64,000 nucleotides of DNA, from positions 289,773-353,772 of the IMG/VR virus record IMGVR_UViG_3300031884_000002, one strand, 5' to 3'. Positions 30,428 to 40,966 of this stretch are shown here, one piece after another; within the stretch, counting starts at the first letter, position 1; the number at the start of each line of letters is the position of its first letter. A program made the translations under genes and the position numbers. A model generated the notes under the pieces. That model ran no database searches. It was given only the letters and a program-made list of their open reading frames with translations, and had not been told where the DNA came from.

Positions 30428-32557
30428 TTATTTTACTATTTTAAACTTCTTACCGGTATTGACTGTAATTACTTCTCCATTATCTATTACTTGTATTAGT
30501 ATTTGATATTCTCTATCTGGAAATAAACAAGACGTATCTAATGTAAAATAATTTCCTAATTCTACATCACAATCTAATTGTGTATAATCATCAAATCCAA
30601 TCAGTATCTCTTGAGTTATATTGTCTTGGATTGCGTAATATGAACTACTGGGTAAATAATTAATCCCCGAATAGTTTGAATATTGAAACCCTCTATTGAA
30701 TGTTTTAGTTGGATATTTTTTTGTAGGATTTATATACACATTTATAACATCTCCTTGTTTATATGTATAGTTTAAATCGGTTACATTTATAGTAAATGGT
30801 TTAGTTATGTCGATTTCAAATAAATCACATGTTATATAATTTACACTTCCAGTATAATAAAAACTAGATGTATAAATACTACCTGTAAATTGTAAATTAA
30901 CTTGATTTCCGTTAAATATTCCATCGGTAAAATAACCAGTAAAAGATGCACTACTAGTCGAATAAAAAGCCATGGTTCCTATTAAATCTCCATTAAAATA
31001 AGAATTAAATACATTTGCAGTGTAATATGAACTATTGGCAGTTGGATACGATGAAAATTGTAAATTGGATAATATAGTAGATGGATAGATTCCGGTTAAA
31101 ATACAATTTTCAACTTCATTATTTAAATAATATCCTGTAAAATAACTACCGGTCCATATACCATCAACAAATGAGCCAGTTATTAACTGAGCGTTAAATT
31201 GAGTTCCACAAGACCCCGTAAATCCATATGAACCACTGGAAATCGTTCCTGTAATAGACCCAATTACCGGAATATTTATAATATTTCCATTAAATCCTTC
31301 GGCAAATATAATTCCACTTGCAGAATATAATGCATTACTTGAAGATGGGTCAGTATAAAATGTTAATGTTAATCCCGCACTTCCGGAAAACGACCCACTA
31401 ATATTAACATTTGAAATAAATGATGATGAAGAGTTTGTGAATCCGGATATAGATGCAGTTATTAAATCAATATTTACACTTCCCGTTTCAACACTTCCCG
31501 TAATATAACTGGAATTATTCCATGCAAAATCCAAAGTTGGAACATATATTGTATTTGTATCTTCGCTAAAATAATCTATAACATATCCCTGACTATTCTG
31601 TAATACTTCTGCCGAAGAAATCAATATAATCCCAGAATTGACAATACTTCCTGTTAACCATTGTTTAACAATTGAAGTAACATCCATATTTAAATCAGAT
31701 GTTTGATAATTGAAACTTTGAGAACATAAGCTCGAAGTATACCAATTTCCTCCTCCACCAGCCGAAGCAGTGTTATTCAATGAAATATAACTATAAGTCG
31801 ATGCAGTGAAGGTATCCCATGTATTAACACTATCTCTATATATCCATGAAACTCCATCGGTAAATGAACCACCATCGGAAAAATATCCATTTCCCATGGT
31901 CCAGCTTTGACTTACTGGTAATGCATAAATTGTATATTGAATTGGAACTTCTTTTGCTTGACATGTTTTTAATTTTAAAAAACATTGAAAACTGTCAATA
32001 TTATTACTATTTACTTGGTTTGTAATGTTAGTAATATCAAATTGAAGAAGCGACCTATAGGAAACTAATGTATTGGTTATGGTTTGACTTTGAACCGGTA
32101 TTTGACTATAACCAGTAAGCCAACCACCAAAACAACCCGTCATATTATCAATACTTCCCGATAAACTTGAACTTATATCAAATGTTTCTAGTGACCCACT
32201 TATATATCCATGAACTGACCCAGACACAATACTTCCACTAAAATTACTACTAGTAATATTATTTATACTTCCGCTAAAATGACTCGTAATAAATGAAGAA
32301 CTTGTGCTTGTTATACTTCCTGAAAAGAAATCTGCCATTCCTATGAAAGAACCGGATAACGTTCCATAGAAGTTTTGTATTGGAACTCCATAATAATATT
32401 GACTATTATAACTTTGACTAGTAGTTTGATTAGTTACTATAACTTGAGTTGGAGTTGCACCTATTTTTAATATTTCTGTGACTCCAAAATTACTGGCTTG
32501 TAATCCTGATTGATTAGTTATAAAAGAATCTTGGCTTGGAAATGTATAAAGATGCAT
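30428..32557 (-). CDS. Virion protein with a DNRLRE-like domain
   Basis: RSLLQFDIT and DVTSIVKQWLTGSIVNSGIILI motifs. Confidence 0.6.
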   Translation of the reverse strand: MHLYTFPSQDSFITNQSGLQASNFGVTEILKIGATPTQVIVTNQTTSQSYNSQYYYGVPIQNFYGTLSGSFIGMADFFSGSITSTSSSFITSHFSGSINNITSSNFSGSIVSGSVHGYISGSLETFDISSSLSGSIDNMTGCFGGWLTGYSQIPVQSQTITNTLVSYRSLLQFDITNITNQVNSNNIDSFQCFLKLKTCQAKEVPIQYTIYALPVSQSWTMGNGYFSDGGSFTDGVSWIYRDSVNTWDTFTASTYSYISLNNTASAGGGGNWYTSSLCSQSFNYQTSDLNMDVTSIVKQWLTGSIVNSGIILISSAEVLQNSQGYVIDYFSEDTNTIYVPTLDFAWNNSSYITGSVETGSVNIDLITASISGFTNSSSSFISNVNISGSFSGSAGLTLTFYTDPSSSNALYSASGIIFAEGFNGNIINIPVIGSITGTISSGSYGFTGSCGTQFNAQLITGSFVDGIWTGSYFTGYYLNNEVENCILTGIYPSTILSNLQFSSYPTANSSYYTANVFNSYFNGDLIGTMAFYSTSSASFTGYFTDGIFNGNQVNLQFTGSIYTSSFYYTGSVNYITCDLFEIDITKPFTINVTDLNYTYKQGDVINVYINPTKKYPTKTFNRGFQYSNYSGINYLPSSSYYAIQDNITQEILIGFDDYTQLDCDVELGNYFTLDTSCLFPDREYQILIQVIDNGEVITVNTGKKFKIVK

Positions 32558-32560
32558 ATA

Positions 32561-34516
32561 TTATAAAATTGATACAGTTATATCTGTATTTGGATATTTA
32601 ACTTCGAAAATAGACGGGTCGGTTGATGGATATATTATGTTATTCATAGTAGCCGATTGTATATCATACGCAACGGCTGAATATAATCCATCCGTAATTG
32701 TTTTATTGGTTATTGTGATATTTGGAATTGATTGTACTCCTTGAACATTTGCAATTTGTAATTGTAATTGTCCTATGTTTATAGGCTGAGAAAAACTCCA
32801 ATTATCTATATTGAAGAAACTTTGGGCTGCATTTAAGCAGTTAGTTAAAACTTCTTGTTTATTATATCCTCCATATAAAGAAATAGAAATATCTACTCCT
32901 ATATTTATTATATATCCATCTATAATATTTAACTCATCCGTCATTATCTTAAATTGTTTAAGATAAGTCATAAGATTGAATAATGTTGCTGGATTTAATG
33001 TGGTAAGATTTTTATTACTATCATATGACAATACATATGCATTTATAGCAAACGGATTTGTGTTTGTAGTTACAAATTGTCTATTTAATGGAGTCTGTAA
33101 AAACATGTTACTTCCTGATATAATTCCTTGTTGAATATTTATAGGAGTATTTATATTGCTATTTGAGGTAACATATGCTTTTGCAATATATCCAAATTGG
33201 GCTGGTAAAGAATATATTCTTGTTAAATAATCACCTGAAGTAACCGCTCTATTCTGTGAAGAAAAACTTGCTACTGCATTCATTCGGATTTCATCATTAG
33301 TATCCGAATCTGCTCCACCAGTACATGGAACCGAATTATACACTTTTAATGAGTTTTTAACGGTATTTAAAAGATCTACTTGTGGAGGAGTTAAATTTTC
33401 ATATTGCGTTTGATAATTTATTCCTGCTATATTAGTAATATCTCCTACTTGGCAATTTGAATTTATACCTCCTCCGACTAGATATTGTATAGTTAATGTT
33501 GTGTTATATGGTGCGGCACCATAGTTTTGGTTATTTAAAAATGTATATGTATTTATTGGAATATTTATATTATTTAGATTTGATAATCCATTTCCAATTA
33601 GATTTGAGTCTAAATTAACCAATTCGTCACTAACTTGAGAAGTTCCATTTCCAAATGATAAAGTAGTTATACTATTTTCATTTACACTGACGGTAAACTT
33701 TCTTGAGGTAGATATATAATTTAATATTTGAGGAGTAGTATCTCTATAATCTGAAAATTGTGTGGCTACATTATTATTCAATTCAATTGGAATTAATTCC
33801 TGTGCCATATAATCTACTTCATACCATTCATTGTTGTTATCATCAATTACGCTTAAAATCTGCAATACGTTTGATTCTCCTAGTTGAATAGTATAATTTG
33901 GAATAGGTGAACTTACCACTATTTTTTTTGTATATATTTGTCCGCTGCTTATATTTCCTGTTTTTTGTAAAAGAAAAAACTGCGGAGTTCCATCTTGATT
34001 TCTAGAATAAACGGTGTCTATACGAGGAGAGTTATTGGTATTTAACGAAAAATCAATATCTTGTGTTAATATATAATATAACCCCCCATTACTTGAAAAT
34101 TGAGAGTTTTCTTGTATATAAAGCATATACATTGGGTCTGGTGTATAATTTCCATTACTATCAGATAAAGCAGGACATAATTGATAAATATCCAATGTTC
34201 CTAATGCTGCTTTGGTGGCTTGGACTTTGTATCCGAGATAAGAAGCCAATTGGATTATATTTTTTCGTTCCTGAGCACTTGCTAAAATATTTTCTTTAAA
34301 TATATAATCAGTATAAAATGAAAGAACATCTCCTACATATGCTGCTTGTTCTATAAACATAGTACCAGGAGCAGCAGGAGTAAAATCTTTATAAGTGTTA
34401 GGAAAATAGTTTTTAGAATATGCTATTAAAGCATTTTTAAGAGAATTGAAATCTCTATTTAGATATCGTATATCTCTAGTTAATGTGGGATTAAATGATT
34501 TATTTACATTACTCAT
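32561..34516 (-). CDS. gp6: Baseplate wedge subunit, T4 gp6-like
   Basis: YLNRDFNSLK..LI.Y, FIEQAAYVGDVLSFY, QNRAVT..DY and YLKQFKIMTD motifs. Confidence 0.88.
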   Translation of the reverse strand: MSNVNKSFNPTLTRDIRYLNRDFNSLKNALIAYSKNYFPNTYKDFTPAAPGTMFIEQAAYVGDVLSFYTDYIFKENILASAQERKNIIQLASYLGYKVQATKAALGTLDIYQLCPALSDSNGNYTPDPMYMLYIQENSQFSSNGGLYYILTQDIDFSLNTNNSPRIDTVYSRNQDGTPQFFLLQKTGNISSGQIYTKKIVVSSPIPNYTIQLGESNVLQILSVIDDNNNEWYEVDYMAQELIPIELNNNVATQFSDYRDTTPQILNYISTSRKFTVSVNENSITTLSFGNGTSQVSDELVNLDSNLIGNGLSNLNNINIPINTYTFLNNQNYGAAPYNTTLTIQYLVGGGINSNCQVGDITNIAGINYQTQYENLTPPQVDLLNTVKNSLKVYNSVPCTGGADSDTNDEIRMNAVASFSSQNRAVTSGDYLTRIYSLPAQFGYIAKAYVTSNSNINTPINIQQGIISGSNMFLQTPLNRQFVTTNTNPFAINAYVLSYDSNKNLTTLNPATLFNLMTYLKQFKIMTDELNIIDGYIINIGVDISISLYGGYNKQEVLTNCLNAAQSFFNIDNWSFSQPINIGQLQLQIANVQGVQSIPNITITNKTITDGLYSAVAYDIQSATMNNIIYPSTDPSIFEVKYPNTDITVSIL

Positions 34517-34522
34517 ATAATG

Positions 34523-34530
34523 TATAAATA
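34523..34530 (-). promoter_or_regulatory. TATTTATA upstream motif (gp6-like)
   Basis: 6 nt before the ATG at 34516. Confidence 0.6.
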
Positions 34531-34546
34531 TCTAACACCTTGGATA

Positions 34547-34930
34547 TTAGTAGGAATAATTGGGATTGAAAACTATGGTTAGACTATCACTTTGATTTGT
34601 AGAAGTGACTGTAAAATTGATTTGAATCTGATATATGTTTTGATCGGTTGCATCCGACGTTTGAATATTGACTGAAGTTATTGTAATTCCACCTATCCAG
34701 TTAGATACATCTTCATTTATGATATTTTGTATTTTAACTGGCAACATATCATCATTGGGTTCAAACACCATCGACCATAACCTACATCCAAATGGAGTAA
34801 ATCGCCGTTCATTTGGAATAGTATTCAACATATTTAAAAGATCGAACTTATAAGTTGAAAATGTATCTATTGTTTGATTAAAATAACCATTTGGTCCATC
34901 TTGAAGTGGTAATGATAACCCAATAGGCAT
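34547..34930 (-). CDS. gp25: Baseplate wedge subunit, gp25-like
   Basis: LLNMLNTIPNERRFTPFGCRLWSMVFEP; adjacent to the gp6-like gene. Confidence 0.85.
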   Translation of the reverse strand: MPIGLSLPLQDGPNGYFNQTIDTFSTYKFDLLNMLNTIPNERRFTPFGCRLWSMVFEPNDDMLPVKIQNIINEDVSNWIGGITITSVNIQTSDATDQNIYQIQINFTVTSTNQSDSLTIVFNPNYSY

Positions 34931-34931
34931 A

Positions 34932-35471
34932 TTATTTTTTCATTGATTTTTTTAAAATGGCACTAAAATCCCATTTCATTAAATTATCAACTGCCTCATT
35001 TTGACCCTTCAAATCAAGAACCGATTCTGCTCCAGTAGGAATAAATTGAGGAGCCTCGGAAATCTGACGTTGAGGCTGAGATATAATTGATTCATTTAAA
35101 TCATCTATTCTAGATTCCATTCCAATTTGACCATCCAATCCAACGGCTGGAACTGCTCTACCAGATTCTCGAAGAGATAAATCATTAACAGTACTATTTA
35201 ATATACTATTAATCATTGGGTTACTACTGTATTTTTTAGTTTGTTTTTGGCGTGGAGGTTGTACTGGAGGCGAAACATCTTTTTCTTCCGCTAATAATTC
35301 TCTCAATGATGATTTTTGTTTTATGGTTTCAGTTAATTGAGATTTTGGAGCATTAGTAGAAGATTGTGGATCGGTAAGTAACTCTTCTAACAATATTGGC
35401 AATTGTTTCTTAACTTCATTAGAAACCATTCTCTCTATTAAACCTTTTAAAATTGCGGTTTTATTGTTCAT
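34932..35471 (-). CDS. Hypothetical protein (start re-assigned to MNNKTAILK)
   Basis: In-frame ATG at 35471 with TATTTATA immediately upstream; this removes the overlap with the upstream gene. Confidence 0.7.
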   Translation of the reverse strand: MNNKTAILKGLIERMVSNEVKKQLPILLEELLTDPQSSTNAPKSQLTETIKQKSSLRELLAEEKDVSPPVQPPRQKQTKKYSSNPMINSILNSTVNDLSLRESGRAVPAVGLDGQIGMESRIDDLNESIISQPQRQISEAPQFIPTGAESVLDLKGQNEAVDNLMKWDFSAILKKSMKK

Positions 35472-35496
35472 AATTATAAATATAATGTATTTTTTC

Positions 35497-37071
35497 TTAT
35501 ACTCTATAATTTTGACCATTCCAACCACCTGGAACTCCTACTCCACTTCCAACATCTATTTTAGTAGGAGTCGATCCTTCCGTTATAGATGCTCCATTTT
35601 GTCCGGAAGCAAATCCTCCCCCAGTAATAAATACCCTTTTACTCATTAATGTTTTTAAAGTTGCTCTCAGTGCTATTAACTGTTGAAGTTGAGGCTGAAT
35701 AACTGTCTGGCTTTGATCTGGATTTGCATTTCCGGCAGATGGATTTTCATGACCGTGTTTATATTGGTGTATATGTTCCAACATCCAATTACATAGTTCA
35801 TATAACCAATTTACGGTAGTTTGTCCGAGTAATGCTGGCTCATTTGTTTGATCGTATTCTCCTAAATATATAGCAGGAGAGTTTATAACTGTTTTTACAT
35901 TAGTAGTAAATACAATTTGGTCATGAGCATCCACTGTATATTCATTATCAGTAACAATTCCGAATCTTTTTTTAGAATATTGAAATAATTCTCCATATCT
36001 GGATGAAAAAATCAATCTGTCACTGTTAATTATAACTTGGTCTTTATTAAGTGATGGATATACAAATGAGGTAGTTCCATTAAACTTGGATACTTCTTCT
36101 CCGTTTCCAAACATTTTTTTATAACATGTAGTTACCCATTTGCTTATGGTTAATCCGCTGGTAATATGTATAGAAGAACCATCGTGATTTATATTTTCGG
36201 GAATATATCCACCGACGTTTTTCTCTATTGATGTACCTATAATTGTTGCTGGATTTGGGCTATGATTTAACGATAATGCTTCCCCATCTTTTAATATTTT
36301 ACGCTGACGATTTCGTATTAATAACATTGGGTTTCCTCCGTTATTAGAATAATCTGCCAATGTTAAATCTCCAACATCATTATTTCTATTTTCATCATAT
36401 GCCGAAAAATGAATAGATTGTCCGAATCTACTTTCTATGTTTAAATCTCCTTCAAACCTTTGTAAGTTTCTAATCTTATTATTTGCTACAAAATATTTAC
36501 CGGCATATCCAGAATATCCGGCTTCGGATTTCCAGTTTGTATCTGATTTTTCTTTTCCAGTTAATGGTGCATCAGTAAATAATATTGTATTTTTAGGACT
36601 ATCCAAATCAACACTGAAATCTAAATTGTTATTAGCCCAATTATGATAATTTACCTTTCTAGAATAATAGGTTTTATGATTAAATGTAGATAACACCACA
36701 GTCTCGTTTATTAACGGATATTCCGATAAATTGGATTCTAATGGATATGCCCATATCAAACTATCTTTTGGAGTTTTTTTACCAGATACTAACGGTCTAA
36801 CCAATACTCTTCCTATTATAGAATAATTTACATCCGTAGGAAGTGCTGGAGTATTGTAAATAGAGGCTGGCCATCTATCGACATCAATTTTGGTAAATAC
36901 GGGAGATCCATCTATAATAAATGGATGTTTATCATCCAATATAACGTCTAATACTATACCCAATTCCAATTCATAAAACTCCAATTGAACTGCATTTCCC
37001 GCAGATTTATGAGTTAATCCGAATTTATCATTTGATCTGATATTTTTATTATTGGTATTCCAATGTGACAT
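35497..37071 (-). CDS. Baseplate hub/central spike-like protein (gp5/VgrG-like)
   Basis: ESRFGQSIHFS, QVIINSDRLIFSS, VINSPAIYLG..EPALLG and His-rich HIHQYKHGH apex-like motif. Confidence 0.7.
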   Translation of the reverse strand: MSHWNTNNKNIRSNDKFGLTHKSAGNAVQLEFYELELGIVLDVILDDKHPFIIDGSPVFTKIDVDRWPASIYNTPALPTDVNYSIIGRVLVRPLVSGKKTPKDSLIWAYPLESNLSEYPLINETVVLSTFNHKTYYSRKVNYHNWANNNLDFSVDLDSPKNTILFTDAPLTGKEKSDTNWKSEAGYSGYAGKYFVANNKIRNLQRFEGDLNIESRFGQSIHFSAYDENRNNDVGDLTLADYSNNGGNPMLLIRNRQRKILKDGEALSLNHSPNPATIIGTSIEKNVGGYIPENINHDGSSIHITSGLTISKWVTTCYKKMFGNGEEVSKFNGTTSFVYPSLNKDQVIINSDRLIFSSRYGELFQYSKKRFGIVTDNEYTVDAHDQIVFTTNVKTVINSPAIYLGEYDQTNEPALLGQTTVNWLYELCNWMLEHIHQYKHGHENPSAGNANPDQSQTVIQPQLQQLIALRATLKTLMSKRVFITGGGFASGQNGASITEGSTPTKIDVGSGVGVPGGWNGQNYRV

Positions 37072-37072
37072 A

Positions 37073-37429
37073 TTATTTTAAAGGATCGGATACTTCTTTT
37101 TTAATAGAATCAAGTGAGACAGAGGTAAGTTTTAATATAGTTTCTTTTTCCTCTTCTGATAGTAACTCCGTAGTTCCTCCTTTGACAGTTATTACTTTTT
37201 GGGCTACCCCTGCTAATTTTACTAATTGTTCGTTATTGTGAACTCCAACTTCCAATAATTCTTTTATTCTTGGAAGAAATACTATCGCATCGTTTTTATC
37301 ATCTAAAAACTTATTAAGACCTGATAATATATCATTTATCTGAGTTTGTTTTTCATCAGTTCTGATTTTTATTTCTTTAAACAGTTCGCTTAATTTGTAA
37401 TCATCAAATATATTTGCATCGTTTTCCAT
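37073..37429 (-). CDS. Conserved hypothetical protein
   Basis: 118-aa helical ORF in the operon. Confidence 0.7.
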   Translation of the reverse strand: MENDANIFDDYKLSELFKEIKIRTDEKQTQINDILSGLNKFLDDKNDAIVFLPRIKELLEVGVHNNEQLVKLAGVAQKVITVKGGTTELLSEEEKETILKLTSVSLDSIKKEVSDPLK

Positions 37430-37432
37430 ATA

Positions 37433-38278
37433 TTACTCATCAATTACGCCACAATTTTTATATTGGTTACTAATGTTTGCGTAATGACCTCTCATTTTAG
37501 TTAATATCTTCGTAATCTGTTGAGTTTTACAATCTGATATATCTCTTATATATAAATATAACATTTTCTTATTAAATACATCAATTCTATCAGAGCTTCT
37601 TAATATTTCTATAATCGCATTTGCTATATTAAGGTCTTTTTCTTTGTTAAATATTTTTCCTACATTATTTTCAAAATATTTAACCATTAGACCCATAAAC
37701 TCATTCATTTCTTTTTGAACGTGGTGTTTATCAGTATGTTGAAGTTGAACTGTATGTTCTGCATGGTCTTCTCCCGTTTCTACGTTTCTATTCCATATTT
37801 TATGATTATTATTATTTAATAAAATAAGAAAATGTTTAGCTACAATGCTAAAATAAGCATATGCTTTGGTTTTTTTGAGAGGATTTACTTTACTTCTTCG
37901 ATTTGGATCGTATTTATGAATATTTGCCACTAAATGACTAAGGCATTCTTTTTGAGCATCCAATGCACCAGTTTCGAAATACGAAAACTTAAATGTATAA
38001 AATATGTTTTCTACTAATTTTGAAAATGGATAATGGATTCGTTCATTATAAATCTTATCTTTTTCCAGTTTATCTTCGGTATTATTATATAATATAATAG
38101 CCTGTTCAGTATCATCCGTAAAATACATCAACGGAGAAGTTGGACTTGTTAATTTTCGTGGCTTTCTTTGTTTTTTGACTTTATTGTATTTAATCTGTTT
38201 TACTTTGAACTTCTTAACTCTTGATTTTACTATTGCTTTGTTTTTTCTGGTTTTTTTTAGATATTTTAGTTTTTTCAT
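37433..38278 (-). CDS. Phage RNA polymerase sigma-factor-like protein (candidate late sigma)
   Basis: YFTDDTEQAI, region-2-like QKECLSHLVANIHKYDP and KAYAYFSIVAKHFLI; Lys-rich N-terminal extension. Confidence 0.65.
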   Translation of the reverse strand: MKKLKYLKKTRKNKAIVKSRVKKFKVKQIKYNKVKKQRKPRKLTSPTSPLMYFTDDTEQAIILYNNTEDKLEKDKIYNERIHYPFSKLVENIFYTFKFSYFETGALDAQKECLSHLVANIHKYDPNRRSKVNPLKKTKAYAYFSIVAKHFLILLNNNNHKIWNRNVETGEDHAEHTVQLQHTDKHHVQKEMNEFMGLMVKYFENNVGKIFNKEKDLNIANAIIEILRSSDRIDVFNKKMLYLYIRDISDCKTQQITKILTKMRGHYANISNQYKNCGVIDE

Positions 38279-38574
38279 TATTCTATCTTTTTGTTAAGGT
38301 CTTCTACAATTTCGGTTAATTGCTTGAATATTTGACCTACTAAATCATCCGATTCGAATATTCCCTGTTCTACTTCTCGTGAAGAAAACACTCCTTGTTT
38401 ATCAATATCACGCATGAATTCCAATGTTTCTTGTACACTATTTCTAGTGGTTAATATCCATTGTTCGTATGTCTTTTGTTTATTTAGTAATATTTTTATA
38501 AGTATAAATTGTGTAATTGCGGCTGCAAATATTAGCACAAATGCCACGGTTAAAATTATTGTAAATATTAACAT
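38278..38574 (-). CDS. Hypothetical protein with N-terminal transmembrane helix
   Basis: Hydrophobic first ~28 aa followed by a soluble helical region. Confidence 0.7.
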   Translation of the reverse strand: MLIFTIILTVAFVLIFAAAITQFILIKILLNKQKTYEQWILTTRNSVQETLEFMRDIDKQGVFSSREVEQGIFESDDLVGQIFKQLTEIVEDLNKKIE

Positions 38575-38787
38575 ATATCGTCTAAATATTCTTTCAGTTG
38601 TTCTATAGTGTCAATAATGATTTCTTCATCTTTTTCAAGTAAAAAATCATTTAGTTTCTGTATTATTTCTTTTATATCTTGTTGTTCCATAATAGTTTTT
38701 GTAAGTTTTACCTTCCATATATATTATGAAATATAAATAAAATAACATTATATGTAGTTTATACTAAAATATATAATAGTCAAGTTA

Positions 38788-40089
38788 TTATATGGAATAA
38801 TATACTTTTAATTTTAATGATGCTGATATTGAAGAATCCCATGACCCAGTATTATACACGCTAATTATTTGTGGATAATTAGACCAAGTACCAGAACAAA
38901 ATCTAAGTGATGTGGAATTAGCAAGTGTAGTTAGTTGTGGATGTTGTTCTGGTGGATTTTGAGATGCACAACCAACGTCAATTTCGTCTCCTATTTGAAG
39001 CCCCTGTGCTGTAGGAGATGTTACTACAAATACCCATCTTACATATGAAGGAGTAACACCTAATGAATGTGGTATTACCACTGGTGCTCCGGGAGTCCAA
39101 TATGAAAATGAACTGGAATACACTGTCCTAACAGTACTTAAGTTGCTGAAATAACTTGCAGTTGCCGCACAACTTGCGCTTATAGCATAACTAGAAGTTC
39201 CAATAAATCCAACGGCAGGACTTCCTGTTGTAGCAGTGTATGATATGGCAACACTTGAAGACCCATAAGTGCCTTCAAATCCGGTATTATAATCATGTCC
39301 TACGAACCTATCTCCCATGAAAAATTTTCCATACGTCCATCCATTTATAACATCTACGAAAAATGCACTCGATGTTTGTAATGATATAATAGGTGGAGCT
39401 GGAGTGCTAGTACCCCATGTAGAAATTACAAATCCTTTACTTGTTGATTTTAAATATTCTATATTTGGTCCTGCCAATGTATAGTTTCCTCCGGGACCAG
39501 TATTAGTAGTCGAGGCAGTAATACCATCATCACCAATTGAAACGTTTAATTGTCCACAATGTCCCGTAGCATCAGTATAGAATATAGTAGCCCAATCAGT
39601 TCCGTATCCATATAATGTATGTGTAAATGCATCATCATCATATGGACCAGCATTAAAATAAATAGAACTTTGATTTTGTTGAGTTGTAAAATAATTAAAT
39701 GGTTTATATGGAATTCCCAATGTGTTCGAATGTAAGGAAAGACTGCAAGTTATAATAGATGCAGTAATAACGTGACCAACTTGTAAATTAGTGCTATTTG
39801 TTTTTCCATTTACATCTAATGTATAAGCGGGAGAAGTTGTATTAACTCCAACATTTCCTACATTAGAATTATTTATATTAAGAGGAGAATTAGACGCAAG
39901 TTGCCAATATGCCGATGGAGAATAAGACGAAGATAATGCAGACCCACTAGCACTCATCCATCTATTTAATGATGTTATATCAGTTCTTAATGTGGTTAAT
40001 GATGCACTATGAACAATAGGAAAAAAATCACTACTACTAATATTTGTTAATGGATTTAATTCGCTTATTTTTATTTCGGTTATTGTCAT
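38788..40089 (-). CDS. Tail fibre-like protein
   Basis: N-terminal KISEL anchor-like motif, VGNVGVNTTSPAYTLDVNG beta-repeat and SSYA repeats. Confidence 0.7.
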   Translation of the reverse strand: MTITEIKISELNPLTNISSSDFFPIVHSASLTTLRTDITSLNRWMSASGSALSSSYSPSAYWQLASNSPLNINNSNVGNVGVNTTSPAYTLDVNGKTNSTNLQVGHVITASIITCSLSLHSNTLGIPYKPFNYFTTQQNQSSIYFNAGPYDDDAFTHTLYGYGTDWATIFYTDATGHCGQLNVSIGDDGITASTTNTGPGGNYTLAGPNIEYLKSTSKGFVISTWGTSTPAPPIISLQTSSAFFVDVINGWTYGKFFMGDRFVGHDYNTGFEGTYGSSSVAISYTATTGSPAVGFIGTSSYAISASCAATASYFSNLSTVRTVYSSSFSYWTPGAPVVIPHSLGVTPSYVRWVFVVTSPTAQGLQIGDEIDVGCASQNPPEQHPQLTTLANSTSLRFCSGTWSNYPQIISVYNTGSWDSSISASLKLKVYYSI

Positions 40090-40094
40090 ATAGA

Positions 40095-40937
40095 TTATTG
40101 ATGTATGGTAATATCGGCATTTAACAAGCGTGGAAACGACCCAGTAAATGGTATATATAGAGCAGTCGTTAATTTTTGCATATTATAAGATGCACTTGTA
40201 GATAAATTGACAGATACATAATAATTAACACTTGGTAATGGAGTGGTAAATGACATTGTTATGCATGACTGTGTTACTGCGCTGCTGACTGTATTTACAT
40301 TATATTGATAAAATATACTGGATGTATTACCTGACATAGCGGCTACTATTTGAGGAGCAGTATATCCATTATATCCATTAACATAGGTAGTATACGTTGA
40401 ATTGACAGCATTTACTGCATTTGTTGATGAACCAGCATTCATTGCATATGATGCAATTACTGAATTATCAGAATTAAGGGCATGACTTGCTGATACAGCA
40501 TACGAAGCAGTTCCGTTCGGAGTTACTCCATCATAATACAAATTAGCCGCAGTGTTTGCAAATGTGGTCGATGCAATGGAAGTAAACGCATATGATGAAG
40601 TTAAAGCATATGATGAACTTAAAGCGTTAGATGATTTAACTGCATATGACGAACTAACCGAACTGGAGGCATATGACGAACTGTTGGAACTAGTAGCATA
40701 TGGAACTTGATTTACACTTGGAGCATTTAATGAATATACTGAAGTATTTGCCCAGCTTGCTGTTCCATTTATCGAAGCAGTTACACTTCCATTATTTAAT
40801 ACATAGGTTGCGACATCTCCTGCCGTTATCTTTTTAGATTCCGGCAGAGACATATCAACTATGCAAAATAAATCATTCGATGCAACTTGATTCCAAGTCA
40901 ATGCGTTTAAACTACTTACTCTTGAATTAATACCCAT
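40095..40937 (-). CDS. Tail fibre-like protein with SSYA repeats
   Basis: N-terminus similar to the neighbouring fibre gene; periodic SSYA/ASYA/TASYA units. Confidence 0.65.
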   Translation of the reverse strand: MGINSRVSSLNALTWNQVASNDLFCIVDMSLPESKKITAGDVATYVLNNGSVTASINGTASWANTSVYSLNAPSVNQVPYATSSNSSSYASSSVSSSYAVKSSNALSSSYALTSSYAFTSIASTTFANTAANLYYDGVTPNGTASYAVSASHALNSDNSVIASYAMNAGSSTNAVNAVNSTYTTYVNGYNGYTAPQIVAAMSGNTSSIFYQYNVNTVSSAVTQSCITMSFTTPLPSVNYYVSVNLSTSASYNMQKLTTALYIPFTGSFPRLLNADITIHQ

Positions 40938-40966
40938 ACTGTATAACTATATGAGAATTATGTTTT

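Noticed and set aside
40480-40700. GCATATGATGAA-like DNA repeats
   Set aside because: Fully explained by the SSYA peptide repeats of the tail-fibre-like protein.
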